Shown here: positions 15,362-25,800 of the stretch, in pieces
Layout: each line of letters starts with the position of its first letter
How positions within the stretch are numbered: the stretch's first letter is position 1
Assembly: GCA_963693365.1 (NCBI GenBank)
Contig: CAVNZM010000003.1
Coordinates: 11,939,651-12,003,650, forward strand
Direction of reading: 5' to 3'
Source: Amoebidium appalachense
Taxonomy: Eukaryota; Protista; Ichthyosporea
Length of the DNA stretch: 64,000 nt
The notes under the pieces: model-generated
Told to the model about the DNA's origin: nothing
The model's database searches: none
The model's input: only the letters and a program-made list of their open reading frames with translations
Translations under genes and position numbers: made by a program

Positions 15362-15887
15362 GTTGCCTGCCCGGGCCTGTGCGCGAAACAGGCTGTGTGC
15401 TGCGTGTGGCTCAAACTTGGCTAGGCCCGTATACACACAGCTATACGTAAGTCAACAGAGGACTCCGTTCGTTATTGTAGTTTTGTGCCTTAAGAGTCAC
15501 ACAGTGCGTGTACATGTGCACGTGCATCTACATGGGTGGCAGCATGGTACCGTGTCAACCAATCAGCTGCCACTTATAATGCACTCTTATCCAATCAGTG
15601 ATGGCTCATTGCGTAAGCTGGAAAATGCAACCACTGCACAAAATGCAAGAGTCAGCTGAAAGACGCGAAGCCATGCATCACTCGTTTGCACCCACCTTCA
15701 CGTTGACTGGCCCGCATTAGCACCGCCAAGTCACGCAAGGGTTTGGTACTCAGGGCTGCACACCAAGGCCTTTCTCTTGGCACTCCGAGGCCTTGCTTTA
15801 CACGCAGAGGGCTTGGCTTTACACCACTTCCGCCCACACGCGCACCAGCCCCCAGTCTGGTTCCAGTGGGCCACAGGCACTTTGCTT
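15362..15887. promoter_or_regulatory. Probable bidirectional promoter between TBL3 and spastin
   Basis: About 0.5 kb between divergent start codons; two CCAATCAG boxes (~15560, 15591) and a CACGTG at ~15519. Confidence 0.45.
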
Positions 15888-17112
15888 ATGGCCGAGGCCG
15901 GACGCACGCTGCCGGCCAGCATACGGCGGCAGCGTGAGCTGCACGAGGTTGGCTATGCGGCCGTCAAGCAGGGCCTGGCCGCTGACGAGAGTGGCGACCG
16001 CGCTGCCGCCCTGGCTTGCTACCTGCGGGGCCGCCAGGCCTTCCGCCAGGCCCTAGCTATAACCTTCAGCCCGACAGAGGCAGCCAGGGCCCAGCAGCTG
16101 ACGCAGAAGATAAGGGGCAACATGGAGCTGATAGAGGGCCGTATTAAGGACCTCGAGGACAAAAAACTCGGTGTGTCCCCAGCAGCCACCGGAGAAAAGA
16201 AGGAAATTTTCTGCAGCCGTGCGCAACCTAGACCCCAAGCTGCGAGACATCATACTTAACGAGGTGCTGACCACAGACACGGGCACGTGCTTTGACGACG
16301 TGGCCGGGCTGGAAGCAGCCAAGCAGGCACTGAGGGAGATAGTCATTCTGCCTGCCCTCAACCCGGCCCTGTTCACAGGCCTGCGGGCGCCTGCACGAGG
16401 CCTACTCCTGTTTGGGCCACCGGGCAACGGCAAGACGCTGCTTGCCCGAGCTGTAGCACACGAGGCGAAGGCCACGTTTTTCAGCATCAGTGCGTCCAGC
16501 CTCACCTCCAAGTGGCTGGGCGACAGCGAGAAGCTCGTGCGTGCGCTGTTTGCACTGGCCAGGGAGGTGCAGCCGTCCATCATCTTCATAGACGAGATAG
16601 ACTCGCTGCTCAAGGCCAGGGGTGACGGGGAGCACGAGGCGTCACGGCGGCTCAAGACCGAGTTCCTTGTTGCGTTTGACGGTGTGGCCACGGCCGCAGA
16701 CGAGCGGCTGCTTGTGCTGGGGGCCACCAACCGGCCCCAGGATCTGGACCAGGCGGCCCTGAGGCGGTTCCCCAAGCGGCTGTACATACCCCTGCCCGAG
16801 CAGCCCACCCGGCTGGCGCTGCTGGCCAGCCTTCTGCGGGGCACGGCCCACAGCCTCAGCACGGCGCAGCTGGCGCAGCAGCTGCAGGGCTACTCGGCCT
16901 CGGACATAACGGCCCTGGCCAGGGATGCAGCCCTGGCCCCCGTCAGAGAGCTGCCGGCCCACAAGGTGGCCAGCCTGCAGTCGGCCGGCATCAGGCCCCT
17001 TGTGCTGGCCGACTTCGTCAGCGCCAGCCAGCGCATACGGCCCTCAGTGGGCCCAGACACCCTTAGGGAGTTGGAGGACTGGAACAGAACTTATGGCGAC
17101 CTGCAGGCCTAG
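15888..17112 (+). CDS. SPAST: Spastin (MIT domain plus microtubule-severing AAA ATPase); apparently intronless, with one +1 frame break near 16160-16210
   Basis: MIT-like segment [36 protein letters not shown] (ORF to 16259). AAA ORF 16171-17112 has [21 protein letters not shown], Walker A GPPGNGKT, pore loop SKWLG, Walker [21 protein letters not shown] and [10 protein letters not shown]. Start codon uncertain. Confidence 0.88.
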
Positions 17113-17316
17113 GGGGGAAGTGGCCTTGATGGGCACATAGGCGGGGCCATACATGTGGGTTCTTGGCTGCTGGGCTAAACACTAGCAACCTCACCTAGAG
17201 AACGGGGTTACCCTGCTTGGATGCCCGTGAGTTGAGTGAGTGAATGAATGAACGCACATCGTGTGGTGTGCCTTGGATACCACAGCTCCCCATCCACGAA
17301 CCCCCCCCCTTCCCCC

Positions 17317-17986
17317 CTGCTGTCTGAGTTGGAGCGTCGTATATACGCGGGCTAAGGGGTCGAAACTCAGACGCAATTGATGACTTGGGGCCTCCCTGAG
17401 GATGGGCTCTGCTTATGACGCATACTGTGCGCATGGCTGATGCTGCATAGTTGAATGTTTGCCTTTGCATGTGTCCTGCACCATGCTTCTCATCGTGTAT
17501 GCGTACTTCGTACTGTGTTCCGCATTCAAACCCCCCCTGTCTTCTTTCAGAGGTGTCCTTTCAGGACAGACCACTGTGTGGAGACATCTTTACTTCCATG
17601 CAACCGGGCATGGTTGCTCTGTGTCGTGCATCTGTAAGCACACGCGTTTGTCGCTGCACTGCATTAGTTTGCACACACATCTTCACTGTTTTGCTCACCT
17701 TGCTTGCATAAGCAACCCTGCTCGTCTTTGATCAAGACGGGTTGACCCACCCAAGTTCAGTTGATGCTGCTGTCTGAGTTGGAGCGTCGTATATACGCGG
17801 GCTAAGGGGTCGAAACTCAGACGCAATTGATGACTTGGGCCCTCCCTGAGGATGGGCTCTGCTTATGACGCATACTGTGCGCATGGCTGATGCTGCATAG
17901 TTGAATGTTTGCCTTTGCATGTGTCCTGCACCATGCTTCTCATCGTGTATGCGTACTTCGTACTGTGTTCCGCATTCAAACCCCCC
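17317..17986 (+). mobile_element. (C)n-associated structured element, subfamily 1, copy B (about 1.5 tandem units, period 450 bp)
   Basis: TGTCTGAGTTGGAG occurs at 17321 and 17771. Both units end CATTCAAACCCCCC, and the copy is flanked by C runs. Confidence 0.88.
17322..17409 (+). ncRNA. Candidate hammerhead ribozyme with rearranged strand order (repeated at 17772-17859, 8001-8088 on minus, ~42001-42088, ~56114-56201, ~58382-58469)
   Basis: Three core strands: GUCUGAG-U-U / GGAG (17322-17334); GGGUC-GAAA-CUCAGAC (17357-17372); CUCC-CUGAGGA-UG-GGCUC (17392-17409). Stems I, II and III can all form, and subfamily 2 shows compensatory changes. Confidence 0.6.
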
Positions 17987-18689
17987 CTTCCCCCCCCCCC
18001 CCCCCCCAACACACACACACACGCGCGCGCGCGCTCATATGACGACCAGCATGGTGGTTAATTACATTGTTAAGGTATACACACACACACTGCCAGCTCG
18101 AAGAACAGCAAATGACACGGCAACAAAGCCGCCATTTGCCTGCATATATTTAACCCGCTCACAGTGTGCAGACAAGGTGCTTGTGTTACATTCTGGACAC
18201 AGGGGCCCACCCACACCGTGCCATACCTGTGGCAAATGCAATCCTATTCCCAAACAACCAAAACATGTCTGATAATGCGAGTATCTTTGGGGTCGAATTT
18301 ACTAAATCTATAGTACTGATAAGGTCTGACACTGCCACTGTACAGATATTGTATAACATTATCAGTGTCCGTATAGCGTATGAGTCTGAAATTATGCTAT
18401 GGTAATGTGCAGTTCTATAAACATGCCCACTGTGAGAAACAGCCAGTAATGGGTCCCAGGCTAAAGGCATGGGCCCAGAAATATATAAATATATCTTCCG
18501 TTCGAAACATTCGTGTTTTCCATAAACTAAACAATGACGTCCACAGGCAGTCACCGTGCTTGCCCTAATTCAACACCCGTAGGTTTTGTATGTACAATAA
18601 ATAAAGCAAGACACACCACATTCATATCAATCTGCGGGTCAGCGCCCACCCTGCCTAGCGGTGCATATGCATCCAGCTTATGTGCACGG

Positions 18690-19167
18690 CTAGTCGGCCA
18701 TTATGGGGGCATATCCCCTGCGGAAGATGCAGGCCTTGGCCATGGGGCACACGGCCAGCAACAGAATGGCCGTGAACGCTGCAGAATCACAGTGTCAGCA
18801 TACAGCCGGACAAGCCCCTGCCTCCCATAACGACCCCTCCAAAACACACACACACACACACACACACACCACCCGTGCACCCCGCCCCCTGGCATGCAGT
18901 CTCGACCCAGGCAGTCCATTCCAACCTCTGGCCAAGCAACCGAAGCAAGCAGACACCCTCATGCCGCAATACTCTCACGCCATCAACCATGACCACCACA
19001 CCCCACACCGCTACCTTTCAGCCGTGGCAGCCCAATCCTCCCCACACCCCACCCCAAGACATTCCCCCTTCCCCATTATAACCCCCTCTCCCCCCTCCTT
19101 CTCCCCCCCCCCCCCCCCCCCCCCGGCGCCCCTGCCCCGCCCCAACATGTGTACACACGCGTGCGAG

Positions 19168-19210
<43 letters not shown>

Positions 19211-20052
19211 TGTGTGATTATCATAACCCCTCCTCCCTCCCCGTCGGGCCCCATCATACGCGCTCCTCCTATCCTCCGTCCCCATGACATGTTTGCCTTC
19301 CCTCGCCCCCCCCTCCCCCCCCCCCCCCTCCCCCCCCCCCCTACCCCCCCCCCTCTCCCCCACACACTCGACCGCGCGCAAACACCACCACATCACCCCC
19401 GCTTGTGGCCGCGTCCCAGGCCGTCTCTGTGGTTTCCTTCACCTGCCCCCCTCCCCCTCCCCCCCCCCCCCCCCCCCCATCCCCCCCCCCTCCTTCTCGG
19501 TCCCCCTACCCCACGCCATTGCTCAAGCACAGCCACCCACCAGCCAGTGCAGGCCATGCGGCATAGATGAAGGGGCAGACATCGTCCCAGCTGCAGTGCC
19601 TCTTTTCCTCGTCTGTCTGTGTCAGGCCCTTGGCCACGTAGTAGGCCATGCCCCCCACCCCCCCCCTAGCAGTGTGCCCACCCCCATTGCCAGCCAGCTG
19701 CCCAGCACACACTCGTCCACCGCATAGCCCCGCCACAGGGCAGCCAGAGCCCACATGGCCACACCGCCTGTTGCAGCGGCAGACAGGCCAAACACACTTG
19801 CCGGCCATGTCAGGTGGTGGGCCGCCACCACCAGGGACCCCCCACTCAGCAGCTCCAGCAGTGCCGCCAGCAGCAGCAGCCAGCCCACACCCTGTGCACG
19901 TGTCAGTTCTGCACGGTAACTAGGCGCCACATACAGGCAGGGTGCACATCAACGTGCAGGCATATACACAGGCAGTCGTGCAGGCACACACACACAGGCA
20001 GGTATGCCCACACACACAGACATATGCAGGACGCACACACACAGGCATATAT

Positions 20053-20084
<32 letters not shown>

Positions 20085-20445
20085 CCACACACATAGGCAG
20101 GCAGGCAGGCACACAGGGAGACAAGCAGTGATGCGCACACACATGAGGTATGCAGGTACACACACGTGCGCAGATATGCACACACACACACACAGGCAGG
20201 TAGGCACACACCTCGTGGGCTGCATTAAAGACACCCTCACGTGAGGCCAGTGCTGTCAGTGAGCCACTCCACTTGAGCGTCATAAACGCCTGCACACACC
20301 CCCTGTCAGCCTTCCCCGTTGGCCCTCCCAAACCTCCATACAGCCAACAGCACAGCCTTAAATCGTCTGCCACCCCCAACACCGTCACCAACACCCTCCC
20401 AAACAAACACATACACACCCCACACACATACACACACAAACACAA

Positions 20446-20487
<42 letters not shown>

Positions 20488-21300
20488 TGAGAGAGGGGGG
20501 GGGGGGGGAGAAAGAGAGGGAGAGGGAGAGAGAGAGAAGCAGACACAGACACACAACACACACACACACACACACTCACACACTCACACTTACACACCAC
20601 CACATACATCCCCCACCGAACCGTTATTGCTCAGTGCCTACGTCACACCCTTCCACATGCCGCTCTTACCCAAACAGCCGCACACCAGAAGCTGGTGATG
20701 TTAAGGGGGTCGTGGCGCTGGGCACCCGCCACGAGGTAGGCAATAAAAAACGCCGTGCTGGCCGTCACACCCACCAGCCCCACAAATATCCCTGCACACA
20801 GCCGTCAGCGCCACGATCCTGCCGTCCTAAAGGTGACAACGTACAGAGCTTGCATGCCATGCAAAGAAGCCTCCCCCCTCCCCCCGCTCCTCTCTCCCCC
20901 TCCTCCCCTCCCCCCCCCCCAACCCCTCCCCTCCCCCCCCCCCTCGCAGGGCAGACACATGCCTGCTGTAGACATAAACACGGTCGCCGGGTCCTGTGCG
21001 CGCTTGTCCAGTAGCCGCAGACCCACCGCTGTCAGCCCGGCATACACCGCAGACACAGCCCCCCTGTGCACACACCCAGTCAGCCGGCACCGTAACAAGG
21101 AATTCAAAGCACAGCCAGGCGCCCAGGTGTTCTGCTGCAAGCCCAACCTCCAGCCGGCAGCCTCAAGACCCACCCAGGCGGACCACCTACCAGGTTGCAG
21201 CGTGCCAGGCCCCGTGGTGGCCAAACGTGCCCAGTACACTGGCCCCTATGAAGATGCCCAGCACGGCATACCAGAACATAACCTTGGACGCGGGCGGCAT
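18690..21300 (-). CDS. HRG-1 / SLC48A1-family heme transporter-like membrane protein, apparently with a second HRG-like domain
   Basis: Exons 21300-21191, 21063-20963, 20791-20670, 20289-20212 splice to MPPASKVMFWYAVLGIFIGASVLGTFGHHGAWHAATWGAVSAVYAGLT...GIFVGLVGVTASTAFFIAYLVAGAQRHDPLNITSFWCAAVWAFMTLKWSG, matching the 4-TM HRG pattern (TSYY..VWSF...KW). Further hydrophobic exons at ~19890-19515, ~19442-19373 and ~18778-18690 end RRGYAPIMAD*. The 3' exons are less certain. Confidence 0.7.
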
Positions 21301-21490
21301 TTTTAAGCTCTAATGCGGTTACTGGGGAGCGTATGCTACGTTGGAAGAGGCTGCACGCGCGCTGCAGCTGCTAAAGCCGGTTTAAAAATGCAGTTAGAAA
21401 AATGGAAAAAGGTGTTGCAGCTGGTCAGCTGTGCACGTCAGTTGTGCTGCGGCGAAGGCTGCAGTCTGCAGTGTTCACTGTTATCAGTTA

Positions 21491-22160
21491 TGTGATGGTG
21501 TCAATGGTATGCGATTACGACCGGTGGCGCATTTTCATTGGGTCGCTCGGTGAGCTTCCGCCGATCGCCTGAAACTGAATGCCTAAGCTAGTGGTACATG
21601 AGACTAAGGAACAAGAGGGGAAAAGGGGAACGAGGCACTTAGTGTGAGAGACGGTGACGGCACTCACACAGAGCTGCCGAGAGTCTGTATTGGGCCTGTG
21701 CTTGTGAGAGCGATGGCCAATCTGGCTGCCGTGAGCCGGGTGCGCCTGCCTATACCCCAGTGCGGGCGAGGTCACGTGATCTCGCTCGGGCATTCCCCCC
21801 GGGGGAGTTGAGCTCGTCCCGAGCTCGAGACCAGGAGAAAAAAAGGGCGGCTAACAGAGTGACCAGCACCCAGGGTATAAGGCAGCACCGAAGGTGGCAG
21901 TTATGTACAGGCATACTAGAATACAGACATGTGGCAGATATTATGAGGTCTAGCGATAGCTTAAAGGCTGTGTGCTATAATTTAAGCAAGCCTATTGAAG
22001 CTAAATTAGATCTAGAGAACTCGGCTAGGGCTAGCTATATTTGCAAGAAAAATTGGATATGACGCTCTAGCTAGCGGCTAAAGCACAAGTAGCTAAGATG
22101 CTACTAAAGAACGTGTCAAAAGTAAGTTTAGCGTTATTTAATAAAGCCTTCATGCATATA
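21491..22160 (-). mobile_element. Possible 3' LTR-like sequence of the adjacent gypsy element (no matching second LTR found in the window)
   Basis: Non-coding, non-microsatellite block downstream of the gypsy integrase. On the minus strand it ends in ...CATCACA and has TATA-like and polyA-signal-like words. No partner repeat seen. Confidence 0.25.
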
Positions 22161-22249
22161 ATATGTACAGGCACGCATTCATGCATACAACATGTGCAAT
22201 CGAATTTTTATTCGAAAATATAGTGTGTGTATGTGCGTGGGTGTGTCAC

Positions 22250-22361
<112 letters not shown>

Positions 22362-22458
22362 AGCAGCTCGAGTGAGTAGCCAGGTTGGTACAGGGGTGGC
22401 CTTGCGAGATAGGGTGCTCGCCTCGTGCACGTGGAAGTAGGCCTAGAAGGCGGTGGCG

Positions 22459-22500
<42 letters not shown>

Positions 22501-22731
22501 AGGGGAAAAAAAAGGGGGGGGGGGGGGGGGGGGGAGACAGGAAATGAGGGAAAGGCCTAGCGATTCGAGCGGCTCGAGTGAGTAGCCAACTCAGAAGGAG
22601 GTGGCCTTGCGAGGTAAGGCGCTCGGAAAAGAGAGGAGTGTATAATAAATAAATATGATGTTCATTTTTTTTGGGGGGGGGGGGGGGGGGGGGTTTGGGG
22701 ACGGTAGGTAATGGGTGCCTACTGGTTACCA

Positions 22732-22763
<32 letters not shown>

Positions 22764-22849
22764 ATCTTTTTATATTTCGATCATGCGGTCATCCGGAAAC
22801 TGTGCGGGTTGACCGTTATGATCAGCGGCCAAGTAGTACAATCGGCCGT

Positions 22850-25800
22850 CAGGTGCATATGCCCATCCAGGGGAGATCCACATATACGATAGTAGGGCGT
22901 GGATATGCGGGTAGGGTGCCAAATTGGGCATATGGGGGTCCGGATATGTATTTTGAGGGAGAACGTAAGTGATGTAGTGAGGAGGCGGGGGGGAAGGGGG
23001 GGGTAGTGGGGGTGGGGGTGGAGGGGGAGCGGCCTGCGTAGGTACGGCTAGGCCGGGGAGGGGAAGTCGGAGAGTGGGTAGAGTGGGTGGCTGGGCAGGC
23101 ATAGCTTGAGGCATGGGGGAGGGAGGGGGAGGGGGTTGTGGAAGATGTTTTGGAGGGGCAGGGTGAGGTTGAGGTTGAGGTTGAGGGGGGCGGGGGGAGG
23201 GGGCGTGCGCGAAGGAGGCGGTGGGGGTGGGGGTGGAAGGGGAGGGCCTGAACGACGAATTCTGCATCCTCAGGAAGATCTTCTTCCGCAAGTGGGTGTT
23301 GCCCAGGTGCGGGGGGATCTTGTGGTTGTGGGAGAGGTGGAAAGGGTAGGATAGCATCGTCCAAGGGGCGGTCATCTCGGTTGATAAATGGTTTTTTTTT
23401 TTTTTTAACCCATCGTGATGAACCGGATTTTTCATAAATTTACCGCGTGGAGTGACAAGTTAGTACAGTTCAGCATCGCCAGGGATGCGATGGGCAAGTG
23501 GCGGTATGGACCTTGCCACATGTGGAGTAATTTACCAGTGCGGTAGCGTTGGGTTACTGGTGTGTGCACCCACACTTGTTGGCCAGGTGTATATATGCGC
23601 ACGCTATGAGAGTGAGCATCATCATATTGCTTTTGCTTTGCTCTCGCTTGACGAAAAGTCTCCTGTGAGGCCAATCGTGCATCCTGCAAGCGGTGTACAA
23701 GTTGTTGGGTGTACACATTTTCAGGGAGATGGGCACGTGCCGTGGGGTGCTCAAATTCCAGCTCAACGGGAAGTCTGGGGTCAATACCAAAAAGGAGGTA
23801 AAAGGGGGAATTACCTCTGCTGGCATTGAGGGAGGGGCGCAACGCAAAAAGTGCGGTGGGTAGATAAATATCCCAGTCCTGGTGGTGGGAGGAAACGTAC
23901 ATGTGCAGGACACGGATAATATCCATATTTGCCTTTTCCACCAAACCATTGGACGAGTGGTGGTACGGTGGGATAACGATACGATCTATGCCCAGTAGGC
24001 GGCATACATCGGACATAAGTTTGCCGGTGAAGTTATTTTCGGCGTCTACAATCACACGCCGGGGAAGAGAATAGCGGCAGAATATTTCATCCACGAGTGT
24101 GCGTGCGATGGTGTCTGCCTTTTTATCCGGGATTGGGAAAGCTTGAATTCAATTGGTTAAATTGTCAACAACAACGAGAATATATTTATTGCCGTTGAAA
24201 GAAGGAGTCAGTTTAGTGAGAAGGTCAACTGATATCTCCTCGAATGGTTGTGTTGGTAAGCGGGGGGAATATTGGGAACTTCACGGGCCAATCCGTGGTG
24301 AGGATCGCGGCCGGCGTGGCAGGTTGTGCATGATGCAACATAGTGGTGTATGTCGCTGTACATGGTCGGCCAATAAAAACGTTCGCAGATTTTCTGATAG
24401 GTTTTAGAAAATCCTAAGTGGCCACCAAGTACGCTATCATGGCAGGCCTCAAGTATTTTACGTTTGAAACCGCGTGGTACCACGATTTGAAAGCTTGGTC
24501 CATGTGCTTGAGCACCCGGTCGGGTGGGTACAAAGACATGGTATAGGGTGTTGTTGTGCACCATATACTAGTGTCACGTTCAAGCACGAGACGGCGTGCG
24601 AGTTTATCATGCTCTGGTAGGATATTGTGCACCAAATAATCTATAATGGGGCGCACATCAGGGTCTGCGAGCTGTGCTTGTTGTAGCTTGTTGGGCTTAA
24701 TGGTTTCGAAATTGGGAACAATCGCGGAGACAAAAGGACAGGATTGGTGGGTGGAAGAGGGGGAGGGGGGCGGGGGGAGGAGAGGAAAATCGAAGGATCG
24801 GGTGGGGGGGGGGGGGGGGGGGGTAGGGAAGGAGTTGGGGAGGGGCCATGTGACGGAATGGTCTTGCGGGGAAGAGGGGGGTGGGGGGGCAGCGGGGGGT
24901 CCCGGAGGAGGAGAGGAGGAGGGGGATACGAGGGGGGCATACACGAGAGGAACAGCGGGGGGAAACTGCGCCTGCCTGGACAGTGCGTCTGGGACCACGT
25001 GAAGCTTGCCGGGCCTATGTACAATATCAAAATCGTATTCAGACAGCTGTAACGCCCAGCGGGCTAGACGGCCAGTCAGCTGCTCCTTGATCATGAGGAA
25101 CTGTAAAGCACTGTGGTCGGTAATCATAATAAAGCGATTACTGTAGACATAGGGGCGGAATTGCTGCACGGCATACACACATGCAAGTGCTTCCAATTCT
25201 GTGGGTGCATATTTTTTCTCAGCGCCATGATGTAGTGCGCGGCTTGCGTATGCAATTATGGGGTATTCGTCAGCGTTATTACCCATTTGATAGAGCACGG
25301 CACCCAGGCCGCGGGTGGAACCATCACATGCAATGTAGAATGGTTTAGAAAAATCGGGGTGGTGGACCACGGGGTCGCTAAGAAGCAACTGCTTGAGTTG
25401 TTCAAATGCGGCAGTGTGCTCTTCTGTCCAACGCCATTCAGCACCAATGAAGGTGAGATCACGTAGTGGTTTTGCGGTGGTGCTAAAATCTTTGCAAAAG
25501 CGGCGATAGTGGCCCGCAAATCCGAGGAAAGATAAAATTTCCTTTGGATTTCGTGGGGGGATCCAATCACGAACGGCTTGTAATTTTTTGGGTTCAACGC
25601 GTATGGCTTTTGCAGATATGAGGTGGCCGAGATAAACGGCTTCTGGGACTGCAAATGAGCATTTGGTCATATTCAGGCGTACGCCGTTTTCAAGTAGGCG
25701 TTTGAAACGATTTCAAGATGGCTTAAATGTTCATCAAAATTCTTGCTGTATATCAAAATGTCGTCCAAATAAACGGTTACGAAATTCCAAGTTAGGCCGT

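Noticed and set aside
17741-17815. HDV-like ribozyme reading of the element (GGCUAAGGGG resembles the HDV antigenomic J4/2-P2 end)
   Set aside because: No upstream P1 strand or correctly sized P3/L3, and the would-be catalytic C is G in subfamily 2. The hammerhead core explains the conserved bases better.
22364-22626. Imperfect direct repeat GCTCGAGTGAGTAGCCA...GGTGGCCTTGCGAG as gypsy LTRs
   Set aside because: Only ~55 bp, ~210 bp apart and both on the same side of pol; a local duplication, not an LTR pair.
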